DNA of 64,000 nucleotides from a virus. A model generated the notes under the pieces. That model searched no databases. It was given only the letters and a program-made list of their open reading frames with translations, and was not told the origin of the DNA. Where the stretch lies: positions 15,312-79,311 of the IMG/VR virus record IMGVR_UViG_3300035698_027961; one strand, 5' to 3'. How positions within the stretch are numbered: position 1 is the stretch's first letter; each line of letters starts with the position of its first letter. The position numbers and the translations under genes were made by a program. Shown one piece after another: positions 1-7,821 of the stretch.

Positions 1-159
1 CCTGAGTACTCTTTGGTGTGCAGTCATATGAATCTTTGGATTATTGGTGACAATTTCTATGTAATCCTTTAGTGTTCCTGACCACTCAAGGCTCTTACTA
101 GCCTCAGCGTGATCGCTAAGCCTAGATAAAAAATTATCGAATTTACTTATTTGAGCCAT
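1..159 (-). CDS. prkA: PrkA/YeaG-family AAA+ serine protein kinase, N-terminus (runs off the left edge)
   Basis: Not in ORF track. Manual translation: MAQISKFDNFLSRLSDHAEASKSLEWSGTLKDYIEIVTNNPKIHMTAHQRVLR. The WxGTxxDYxExxxxNPxxxxxAHxRV pattern matches the Bacillus-type PrkA N-terminus as I recall it. GAGG RBS upstream. Confidence 0.75.
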   Translation of the reverse strand, partial: MAQISKFDNFLSRLSDHAEASKSLEWSGTLKDYIEIVTNNPKIHMTAHQRVLR

Positions 160-169
160 TAAAATAACC

Positions 170-460
170 TCACTTTTTATATGGATTTAACTTGTCACCG
201 TAGATATCATCCATGGCTCGCCTATCGCCAGACCGGACCTTCTCTACAGTTTTTCTAACTTCTTCTTTTGCGTCCATCATTATCTGGTCGCGGTCCTTGT
301 CAACAGTGCCGCTGACAGCAATTATCTTCTGATATAGTACTCCATTTTCACAAACGGTGCATTTTATTTTCTCTTTTTTTAATCTGACAAATTCAGGAAC
401 GCTGTAATGTCTGGATTGTATATCGTTGCATGATTCGCAACAGAATGTGTATTTAGGCAT
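170..460 (-). CDS. FmdB-like zinc-ribbon protein
   Basis: MPKYTFCCESC...CTVC (MPxYxF-CxxC...CxxC pattern). Start at 460 chosen from GGAG spacing; ORF track extends to 478. Confidence 0.65.
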   Translation of the reverse strand: MPKYTFCCESCNDIQSRHYSVPEFVRLKKEKIKCTVCENGVLYQKIIAVSGTVDKDRDQIMMDAKEEVRKTVEKVRSGDRRAMDDIYGDKLNPYKK

Positions 461-641
461 CATCGTCTCCGGACACAAATATTATCTTATCATTCTCAAT
501 GATTAACTTTCCAGATAAAGAGAGATCCCTTAGTATTTTCTTTTTAAACTTAGGGTCAGTAATTGAAACAGTAAGTTCTAAAGAGCCATCCTCTTCATTG
601 AAGAGGATGTTTTTAATCTTGCCTACATTATTTTTCTGCAT
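453..641 (-). CDS. hypothetical protein (62 aa)
   Basis: ORF overlapping both neighbours in operon-like packing; no recognisable motif. Confidence 0.6.
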   Translation of the reverse strand: MQKNNVGKIKNILFNEEDGSLELTVSITDPKFKKKILRDLSLSGKLIIENDKIIFVSGDDDA

Positions 642-942
642 TTTCTATATAATGCCTAATGGCCTTAATTATATGAGCATTGTCTGAATCAAGCATCCAA
701 AGAAATTCGCTCTTGTCCAAAATTTTAATAGCGCTAGAAATACCAATCAGAAAGTCTCTCTCGAAGAAGACGCACGGGGTAATGAATTGATTCACATGTT
801 CATTATTATTACTGCTGCTTTCTTCGTTTGCATATGCTAGCCTAATACAGCTCTTATTTATTGATACTACAACATACTTCTCTTCTCCGATTTCAATCAA
901 ATCATGGGTTTTAAGCTTGCTGATTTTTATTGTTTCTTCCAA
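628..942 (-). CDS. hypothetical protein (104 aa)
   Basis: TTG-start ORF on the same strand as all other genes. Confidence 0.55.
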   Translation of the reverse strand: MEETIKISKLKTHDLIEIGEEKYVVVSINKSCIRLAYANEESSSNNNEHVNQFITPCVFFERDFLIGISSAIKILDKSEFLWMLDSDNAHIIKAIRHYIENAEK

Positions 943-1110
943 TTTATATGGCCTTCGGTTGTGGGTTTATTAAAATTACTTAATTGCGAACACCTAATAT
1001 GTTAGACGCGTCCTACATGATACATCGTGCATCTCTATATAGTACCCGCACTTTCAAATAAGCTATAATTTTTATCACATTGGGTAATGAGATAATCACA
1101 GCAAAATATG

Positions 1111-1126
1111 CACCTATATATAGGTG
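1111..1126. promoter_or_regulatory. perfect 16-bp palindrome CACCTATATATAGGTG (terminator stem or protein-binding site)
   Basis: Read directly; lies 18 nt downstream of the dnaB stop and is followed by CATATTTT on the minus strand. Confidence 0.4.
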
Positions 1127-1144
1127 TCGAGCTCATCCGTAAAA

Positions 1145-2509
1145 TTAACAACCATTTTCGTCACCATTATCATCAACCCAATTATCTGGAATACTAATCA
1201 CCTTTGATTTCTCAAATTGCTTGAGTAGTTTAAACTCCCCTTTCGCACCATCTCTGTTCTTAACCACATGCAATGACATATCATCGATAAGGTGCTCGTC
1301 TTCTCGCTGCTCAATTAAAATAACAATGTTTGAGTTATCTCCAATCATCTTGCTTCGGCCAAGGTCATTTAAATCATTGCCGCCATTATTCTTGAGCGCC
1401 TTATTCTTAGCCTTCCTCTGGGCCGCTGTTAATACAGCCATATTCTTGCTTCGGCAAAATTCATGTAGGTCTGCGGCGGTATGCCCAACCTCTAGCCAGT
1501 CCTGTCCGAAGTCCCTATTCGGCTTCATAATTCCCAGGTAGTCGACTACCACTAAATCAGGCTCGAACTCTGATATGATGCTATCAAAGCGGGCTTCCAA
1601 ATCCAATGTGCGTGAGCCGCGAGGCATGTCGACAATATAAAAGTGCTTATCGTAATTTTTCTGAAATTCCAGAGAAGCCTGCCACCTAGTTCGTTCTTCA
1701 TCAGTTAAAAACCCCCTCATTAATGCTTTATGTCTTATGCTGGCAATGCAGGCATCGATTCTTTGCTCTAGCTGCTCCTTACTCATTTCCAACGTAAAAT
1801 AGATAACGTTCTTACCATTGGCGAAGTTTTGCTTATTCTTATTGTACGCTATATTGCCACCAAGCCAAGCATTGATTGCATAATTCATCATCAGCAGTGA
1901 CTTACCCGACGAGCTCTCTCCCGAGATAACCATCATCTCTGATTTTTTAATTCCAAACGTATATTCATCAAGCTCCGGATATCCAGATAGAACACCAGAT
2001 ATAATATCCGGGTTGTTGACTGTGAAGGTATAGTTATTTAATCTAGTATCAGCCGACTTGGTAAAGTCACCTTCAGCGAATACGGCCGACCTTCTCAGTC
2101 TCTCAATCTTGGATGTTGTCTTTAAGAGATTTGAGTTAAAGTCCTTTATGTCATCGTCATTATTTATCTCCTCTGCAGACTCGGCTAATTTCTTAGCCAG
2201 TCTTTTATTGAAGCGATTTCTAACCTGGTCGACGTAATAAAGTATCTCGTTCTCTTCGCACTCTACGTCTTCAACTATTCCTGCAAGCTGAACCATATCG
2301 ATGTCTTCCGCCAAGTCTTCCTGCAGAATCTTAAAGGAAGGTGGAGTCTTGTATCTTTCAAAATAATTAGTTATGGTTTCTAGCATCGGCTTGTAATCAT
2401 AGTCTATCGCTTCTTTGAGAAGCTTTCCATCGATTTCTCTGGATACCTTGTTGTATTCTACCGACCCTTTCATCATCCATGAGAGTATTTTGTTATCTGC
2501 AACTGACAT
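1145..2509 (-). CDS. dnaB: DnaB-like replicative helicase (SF4)
   Basis: Walker A GESSSGKS, YFTLEMS, Walker B LVVVDYLGIM, LTAAQ, VVKNRDG. Confidence 0.93.
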   Translation of the reverse strand: MSVADNKILSWMMKGSVEYNKVSREIDGKLLKEAIDYDYKPMLETITNYFERYKTPPSFKILQEDLAEDIDMVQLAGIVEDVECEENEILYYVDQVRNRFNKRLAKKLAESAEEINNDDDIKDFNSNLLKTTSKIERLRRSAVFAEGDFTKSADTRLNNYTFTVNNPDIISGVLSGYPELDEYTFGIKKSEMMVISGESSSGKSLLMMNYAINAWLGGNIAYNKNKQNFANGKNVIYFTLEMSKEQLEQRIDACIASIRHKALMRGFLTDEERTRWQASLEFQKNYDKHFYIVDMPRGSRTLDLEARFDSIISEFEPDLVVVDYLGIMKPNRDFGQDWLEVGHTAADLHEFCRSKNMAVLTAAQRKAKNKALKNNGGNDLNDLGRSKMIGDNSNIVILIEQREDEHLIDDMSLHVVKNRDGAKGEFKLLKQFEKSKVISIPDNWVDDNGDENGC

Positions 2510-3957
2510 TATTTTATCTCCAGTGTATATAGTCTCTGCCCGGCATCATAAATTTTAAACCATGAAAGCTCTTCGGCATATGCTCTTTCGCTTAATTTCC
2601 TAGAATCCATATTAGCACGGCACCTCAAACGATTATAGGTTTTATTAAAATCAGTCCACTTCCATCCGAGAGTGTCTCGCTGGTGAACAAATCCATAATT
2701 TTTCAAATGACATCCTGTTCCGTACCGAAGGTCTACCCAGTAGTTTACCCTCTTGGGGGCTAATTTTTTGATACAGTATTTTAGAAGTTTTGAAAATCCA
2801 CCAACTACCAAATGATCTAGCTTGGTACTAACTCGCTCTACCTTTAGGTCGTCTCCAATCATTTTGTATGAGAAAACCATAACCAGTTCGTTTTGATAAG
2901 TTAGGCCGATGTGCTTAGACTTGATTGTTCCCATCAGATGGGTTGACTCCAGGAAGTCATTGGCTTCTGACTGAGATAAGCTAACTATCTCTGTCTTTCT
3001 GGCGAATATTCTAGCCGAATGACCCAGGTGATTGTTTACCACCGATTTAACAATATTCATCTTATAATTAATTTGGTCTTCGGTAAATTGAAATATTCTT
3101 AGCCCTAAATCCTCATATTCCTTTCTCATTTCAAAATGATATTTAGCATCTGACTTGTGCGCTGATGAATGCCAGTATAGGCCATCAACATTTGCCGCTG
3201 AGTAGGGGGTTAGCTTAAAGTCCGGCCGATACTTTAAGTGCGGATATGACAAGCAATCAAATGCCTTATTATAGAGTGGAAGATCTATGGTCTGAGAGAA
3301 TATGTTTTCGATATTTGTTATTTTGGAAGAGTAATTTGCCACATACTCTAAAAACTGCTGCTCGGTATAGTTCGGATTTTTATAGATCCACCTATAGAGT
3401 ATGATATTCGATATTCCAATTTTGGATGCCCACTGGCACAAGCTTTTCTCACAAACAACTATCGTCTCAGAATTTTCATGATGAGCTTTGGAACCGAGAT
3501 AGGTTCTGCTGCTATACTTCTTAAGATTGGTGACTTCTCTTTTTCTCTTAACCGATTCAGAAAGATTAAAGTGTTTAACTTTATATTTTTTTAAAGAAAG
3601 CTTCTTAACTCTAGACTTATAAGCTGTAGACTTATCTTCATCTTCTTTGCGAAAATTAAATTTATATAAATAATCAAAGATTGTCCCTCTATTTACACCG
3701 CATGATTCTGCAATTTCTACCGCAGTTTTATTCTGCTCGATATACTGGTTATATAGCCAATTATAATTTGTATAATTTGCTTTGGACACTTTCTTGTTAT
3801 TTTTAGATAGTCCGAAGCGGCTCTTATACCTAGACAGGGTCGACTCACTATAGCCAAACTCTTCGGCTATTTTCTTTATAGTCTTATTTTTAGTGACGTA
3901 TTGTTCTTCAAGCCACTCCCTTACCCGGTATTTTTCTGAAGTCTTTTCCTGAGACAT
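2509..3957 (-). CDS. Hef-like/Vsr-type homing endonuclease-like protein with two N-terminal HTH repeats and a C-terminal Mom/GNAT-like domain
   Basis: Two WLxxQY..KTxxxIAE..G HTH repeats, (T/S)(N)LKKY repeats, RPDF...VDGLYWHS nuclease motif, and a C-terminal IFARK..A.DFL..HL.G..VVGGFSKLL..D.RYG.G..GF..IYDAG region. Confidence 0.7.
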   Translation of the reverse strand: MSQEKTSEKYRVREWLEEQYVTKNKTIKKIAEEFGYSESTLSRYKSRFGLSKNNKKVSKANYTNYNWLYNQYIEQNKTAVEIAESCGVNRGTIFDYLYKFNFRKEDEDKSTAYKSRVKKLSLKKYKVKHFNLSESVKRKREVTNLKKYSSRTYLGSKAHHENSETIVVCEKSLCQWASKIGISNIILYRWIYKNPNYTEQQFLEYVANYSSKITNIENIFSQTIDLPLYNKAFDCLSYPHLKYRPDFKLTPYSAANVDGLYWHSSAHKSDAKYHFEMRKEYEDLGLRIFQFTEDQINYKMNIVKSVVNNHLGHSARIFARKTEIVSLSQSEANDFLESTHLMGTIKSKHIGLTYQNELVMVFSYKMIGDDLKVERVSTKLDHLVVGGFSKLLKYCIKKLAPKRVNYWVDLRYGTGCHLKNYGFVHQRDTLGWKWTDFNKTYNRLRCRANMDSRKLSERAYAEELSWFKIYDAGQRLYTLEIK

Positions 3958-4582
3958 ATAGCACCTTTACATATTTTGAGAATAATGAATCTATTGCCCT
4001 GGAGAAATCACCAGAAAGCACAGTTGCTATGTCAACTGTGTTTGAGCACAATATAGTTGGAAGTCCATTCTGAAACCTCTCTCGAAGAATTCTTTCCATA
4101 GTCTGGCCAAACAGCTGCTCGGCCTTTTCTGATGGAAACACCCATCGCGAATCGAATTCATCTATACATATAAAGTCAAAATTAGTAATTTGTTCTAGGT
4201 ATTCGTAATTATTCTTTGAAACTTCATTAATAACATCTGACATATTAACGTACATTGCAGTGTGGCCATTAACTATGGCTACCTTTAATATACAGCATGC
4301 AGCATATGTCTTTCCTGTTCCGAGGTTTCCAACGAATGCCATGGAGGTTCCGTCTTCATACATAGCATTGACATTTGAAATTCTATCTGAAACATATTTG
4401 CCAAAGTTTGGATCGCCCTGAAAATTTTTAAATGGAAGGCTCCAGTAGCTCTGAGGAATATTGGCGCGGGAATAGCTTTTGTATCTAGCAAATTTGGCTC
4501 TACATTTATTACATCCATCTTCGCATTCGCAACTACTCTGAATCTTCCTCTCTATCAGATTCATCTTCTTCTCTGGAACCAT
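3908..4582 (-). CDS. DnaC/IstB-like AAA+ helicase loader
   Basis: N-terminal CxC..CxxC, Walker A GNLGTGKT, Walker B ICIDE, PTILCSN, C-terminal GKDFR; GAGGT RBS. Confidence 0.88.
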   Translation of the reverse strand: MVPEKKMNLIERKIQSSCECEDGCNKCRAKFARYKSYSRANIPQSYWSLPFKNFQGDPNFGKYVSDRISNVNAMYEDGTSMAFVGNLGTGKTYAACCILKVAIVNGHTAMYVNMSDVINEVSKNNYEYLEQITNFDFICIDEFDSRWVFPSEKAEQLFGQTMERILRERFQNGLPTILCSNTVDIATVLSGDFSRAIDSLFSKYVKVLYVSGKDFRKIPGKGVA

Positions 4583-5021
4583 AACTACCTCTATTTGGAT
4601 TTGGGTTTACTAGTGAGCTCATGCTCATTGAAAACGTTGTTTGGATACCATCATCATCGCCTATCAGCATATCAGATGGAATTATAGATCCATATGCTGA
4701 ATTGCTTTCTTCATCTCCGGACTCTGCATATGGCCTTTGTCTCACGAACATTGGCGTCGGCAAAGATGAAGAATCAGAATCATCCTCATCTTCGTAATCT
4801 TGGTAGTGTTTATTTATAATTGAGTCAATCAAAGATTCATCCTCTACATCTTCTATCAACTCTGCTGCAATTAAATTTGCCTTGTAAACGATAATCATCT
4901 TATCATTTTTGCTTACCACTATAAAGTCATCTTCAATATGCTCTATAACTCCCTTGAGCTCAAATGAGTCTCTGGCGATTATATGTACCATTCTTCCGCT
5001 AATTTTTAATTTATCATTCAT
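4533..5021 (-). CDS. Hfq/Sm-like domain protein with long acidic C-terminal tail
   Basis: N-terminal VHIIARDSFELKGVIEHIEDDFIVVSKNDKMIIVYKANL aligns by eye with Hfq Sm1/Sm2 (V.IYLVNG..L.G.I..FD...ILL......VYKHAI). Confidence 0.55.
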   Translation of the reverse strand: MNDKLKISGRMVHIIARDSFELKGVIEHIEDDFIVVSKNDKMIIVYKANLIAAELIEDVEDESLIDSIINKHYQDYEDEDDSDSSSLPTPMFVRQRPYAESGDEESNSAYGSIIPSDMLIGDDDGIQTTFSMSMSSLVNPNPNRGSYGSREEDESDREEDSE

Positions 5022-5620
5022 AATATTCCTACCTCTTTTGCCTTCTCAATTACCCTTGCTTCAACCGAATCTGTGCCGAGATCATACATCTCAGCATAGT
5101 TCTTTATCATTTTGATGTCATCCTCTCTTGAGAGCTGATGATTGTCAAATATCTCCTGAGCTTCTTCGTGGCACCAAGATATTAACTTGCTCATCTTGGT
5201 TTCTCCATTCTTTTTAGCCAGGTAACCATCATACATTCTTTCAAACTCTATGATCAGCGACTGAACGTGAAATAATCTAGTTCCGTTGACAGATTGCTGG
5301 CCGCTTCTAAACTTATAGTCAAAACACCAGTTTATATAATTATATATTTTAATGTTGATGTTTTTTCTAATCTCTGACTTTTCGTCCCTAGGTAAATCTG
5401 CATAATTATTCGGAGCAAAAGTTCTAAAGAGCTTGGCGAAATCCGCAGCCTCCTTTCCCAGCGTCGGACCCTTCTTCCCCTTTACCAACCTGAATCTAAC
5501 TCCATGCTTATCTTCATACCTCTTACAGAAATGAGCTAGAAGTGTAACATGTGTCCACTCAGATATGTCGGCCTGAACCCATTTATTTATGCTGCTGTAA
5601 AAAGCTTCCTGATCAATCAA
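5018..5620 (-). CDS. hypothetical protein in replication block (200 aa)
   Basis: ORF with 4-nt overlaps to both neighbours; no recognised motif. Confidence 0.7.
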   Translation of the reverse strand: MIDQEAFYSSINKWVQADISEWTHVTLLAHFCKRYEDKHGVRFRLVKGKKGPTLGKEAADFAKLFRTFAPNNYADLPRDEKSEIRKNINIKIYNYINWCFDYKFRSGQQSVNGTRLFHVQSLIIEFERMYDGYLAKKNGETKMSKLISWCHEEAQEIFDNHQLSREDDIKMIKNYAEMYDLGTDSVEARVIEKAKEVGIL

Positions 5621-6279
5621 TTATCACTCCCTGATTTGCTCCAGTCGATTGGACTCTTTAGTCTTTCATTGGCTATTTTAAAGTGGTCACATCCGAACCA
5701 TCCTTTATTCGCAGATAGCGGTGATGGGTGTGCTGCCTTTAAGACAATATGCTTATTGGCGTCGATTAGAATTGATTTCTTCTTAGCATGGTTTCCCCAG
5801 AACATAAATACTATGGGCTCATTACGCTTATTTAGCATAGAAATTAAGTGGTCAGTAAACCGCTCCCAGCCTTTATTTTGATGACTATTCGGCTTGCCAT
5901 CTCTAACTGACATAACTGTATTTAAAAGCAAGACGCCCTGCTTTGCCCACCCGATCAAGCTTGGGCAATCTGGAGTGCAGCCTAATGAGTTATTTATTTC
6001 TTTAAAAATATTTCTCAAGGATGGCGGAACCTTCTGGTCTTTATTTACAGCAAAGGCAAGCCCGTTAGCTTGCCCCTTACCATGATACGGATCTTGCCCT
6101 ATAATGACAACCTTGACATCATTGTAATCAGTTAGCTGCAATGAACGGAAAATATCGTACCGATCCGGATAAATCGTATTATTATCATACTCCTCAATCA
6201 GAAAAGACTCTAATTTTTCCATATAGTTTTTCTTGAACTCTGGGATTAGCAATGTATGCCAACGCTTTGCTAGTCTCAT
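5617..6279 (-). CDS. ung: uracil-DNA glycosylase, family 1
   Basis: GQDPYH, PPSLRNIFKE, GVLLLNT, FWG, HPSPLS. Confidence 0.97.
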   Translation of the reverse strand: MRLAKRWHTLLIPEFKKNYMEKLESFLIEEYDNNTIYPDRYDIFRSLQLTDYNDVKVVIIGQDPYHGKGQANGLAFAVNKDQKVPPSLRNIFKEINNSLGCTPDCPSLIGWAKQGVLLLNTVMSVRDGKPNSHQNKGWERFTDHLISMLNKRNEPIVFMFWGNHAKKKSILIDANKHIVLKAAHPSPLSANKGWFGCDHFKIANERLKSPIDWSKSGSDN

Positions 6280-6287
6280 AAATCCTC

Positions 6288-7727
6288 CTACTTGACTCTT
6301 TTTATGTTAAACTCCTTTTCGGAGCAGGCAGTTTTATATCTAACCTGACTGTGGTCTCGAAGATACTTACACTGGTCATAAAAGTCTATAATATAAGCAG
6401 AATCCTTGCCAGGGTAGCTTCTGATTACTCGACCTATTCTCTGCAGCATTTTGCCGGTAGACTTGCCGCCGCCCATATTGATTAGGGCGTCTAGAATTGG
6501 AATATCAACTCCAACATCAAATATGGTTGAAGCTAAAATTACATTAACTTCTCCATTTTTAATTTTAAACACTCCGATATCTCTATCTTTGGTGCTATCT
6601 TTACCCGATAGAAATGAATGCTCAATATTGGCATTTGATAGTTTTTCTGATATGATTTCGCCATGGTTGATATTTCTAAATAAAATCAAAACCTTAAGAT
6701 CTTTTTTAACAAAGTTTTTGCAAGCCTCAACTGCCATATTATTTCTTTCGTCATTGTTGATAATATACTTAGAATATACCTCGGGGTAGGTCTTTCCGAC
6801 ACCTCTGATTGGAGAAACGTCCTTGAATACAATATTGGGACGAACCAAGAACCCCTTCTTGATTAGCATACTGGCGCTAACATCAACTATCTTTTCTCCA
6901 GCGACAGCTTCCAGAAGGATATCATCACCGCTCTCTCTCCATGGAGTTCCGGAGAATAAGAAACGATTGTATGACTTTTTAGATTCCTTGTCTAAGAACT
7001 GAAACGTGTCAGAACCACCATACTGACACTCATCTAAGATAATTACATCGGCCTGTCTAACTAGATTTCTAATATCTTCTTTATTTTTAATTTTGCCAGC
7101 ACTGCAGTCAGTATCTTCAGCATACTTAGTCTCAAGTTTCTTATCAAATGCGGCTCCGGCAGTCCATATGGTCATGACATTGATTTGCTTAATGTTACAG
7201 TGACCGTCACCAATTATTCCGGCATCGATTCCAAAAGAATCTTTTAGCGTGCTAACCATCTGATGAAGTAAGTCGATGCTAACTACATAGATAATTGACT
7301 TAGTATTGTAATGAGCAACAAGTGATGCAATAACAAATGACTTGCCCGATCCGGTACACATCTTAACTATGCCAGAACCCGCAGCAATACACTTCTTAAT
7401 TGTATTTCTCTGATAATCTCTTTCGCTAAACTTAGAGTCAGATATCGGAGACATTGGCTTTCCATAGTTCGGCTTAGTTCTATTGTCCACTTTTCGATAT
7501 GCAATATTCTTTTCGGTAAATATTTCTTCTACCGCCGAGAGCATTCCTACGGGAAAGCATAGAGACTTAGACATCAGCCTTTGCTTTCCATCCCATCTAT
7601 TGGAAATTTTCATAAACCCGAAGCCTTGAACATCATAGCTTAGTCTTTCATCTATTAGCCGAAGAACATTCTGGTCTTCAAAATCTTCAATTCTGCATCT
7701 AGTAAAATCTATATAAATCGTGGCCAT
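6288..7727 (-). CDS. SF2 DNA helicase, UvsW-like
   Basis: RDYQ, CTGSGKS, DECQ, SGTP, GVDIP, QRIGRVIR. Confidence 0.88.
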   Translation of the reverse strand: MATIYIDFTRCRIEDFEDQNVLRLIDERLSYDVQGFGFMKISNRWDGKQRLMSKSLCFPVGMLSAVEEIFTEKNIAYRKVDNRTKPNYGKPMSPISDSKFSERDYQRNTIKKCIAAGSGIVKMCTGSGKSFVIASLVAHYNTKSIIYVVSIDLLHQMVSTLKDSFGIDAGIIGDGHCNIKQINVMTIWTAGAAFDKKLETKYAEDTDCSAGKIKNKEDIRNLVRQADVIILDECQYGGSDTFQFLDKESKKSYNRFLFSGTPWRESGDDILLEAVAGEKIVDVSASMLIKKGFLVRPNIVFKDVSPIRGVGKTYPEVYSKYIINNDERNNMAVEACKNFVKKDLKVLILFRNINHGEIISEKLSNANIEHSFLSGKDSTKDRDIGVFKIKNGEVNVILASTIFDVGVDIPILDALINMGGGKSTGKMLQRIGRVIRSYPGKDSAYIIDFYDQCKYLRDHSQVRYKTACSEKEFNIKRVK

Positions 7728-7734
7728 CTAAAAC

Positions 7735-7772
7735 ACCAATAGCTTTGCCAAGTAATTCGACAAAGCATTGGT
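7735..7772 (-). promoter_or_regulatory. 16-bp RNA hairpin between tubulin and helicase genes
   Basis: Minus-strand RNA ACCAAU-GCUUUGUCGA-AUUAC-UUGGCAAAGC-U-AUUGGU; two G-U pairs form only on the minus strand. Confidence 0.5.
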
Positions 7773-7821
7773 TTATAATACCATTTTTTAAAAGATTTGC
7801 TTATTTTTTCTGTGTGATAAG

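Noticed and set aside
3908-4582. IS21 element, because the ATPase is IstB-like
   Set aside because: No IstA transposase or terminal inverted repeats; the context is a replication operon.
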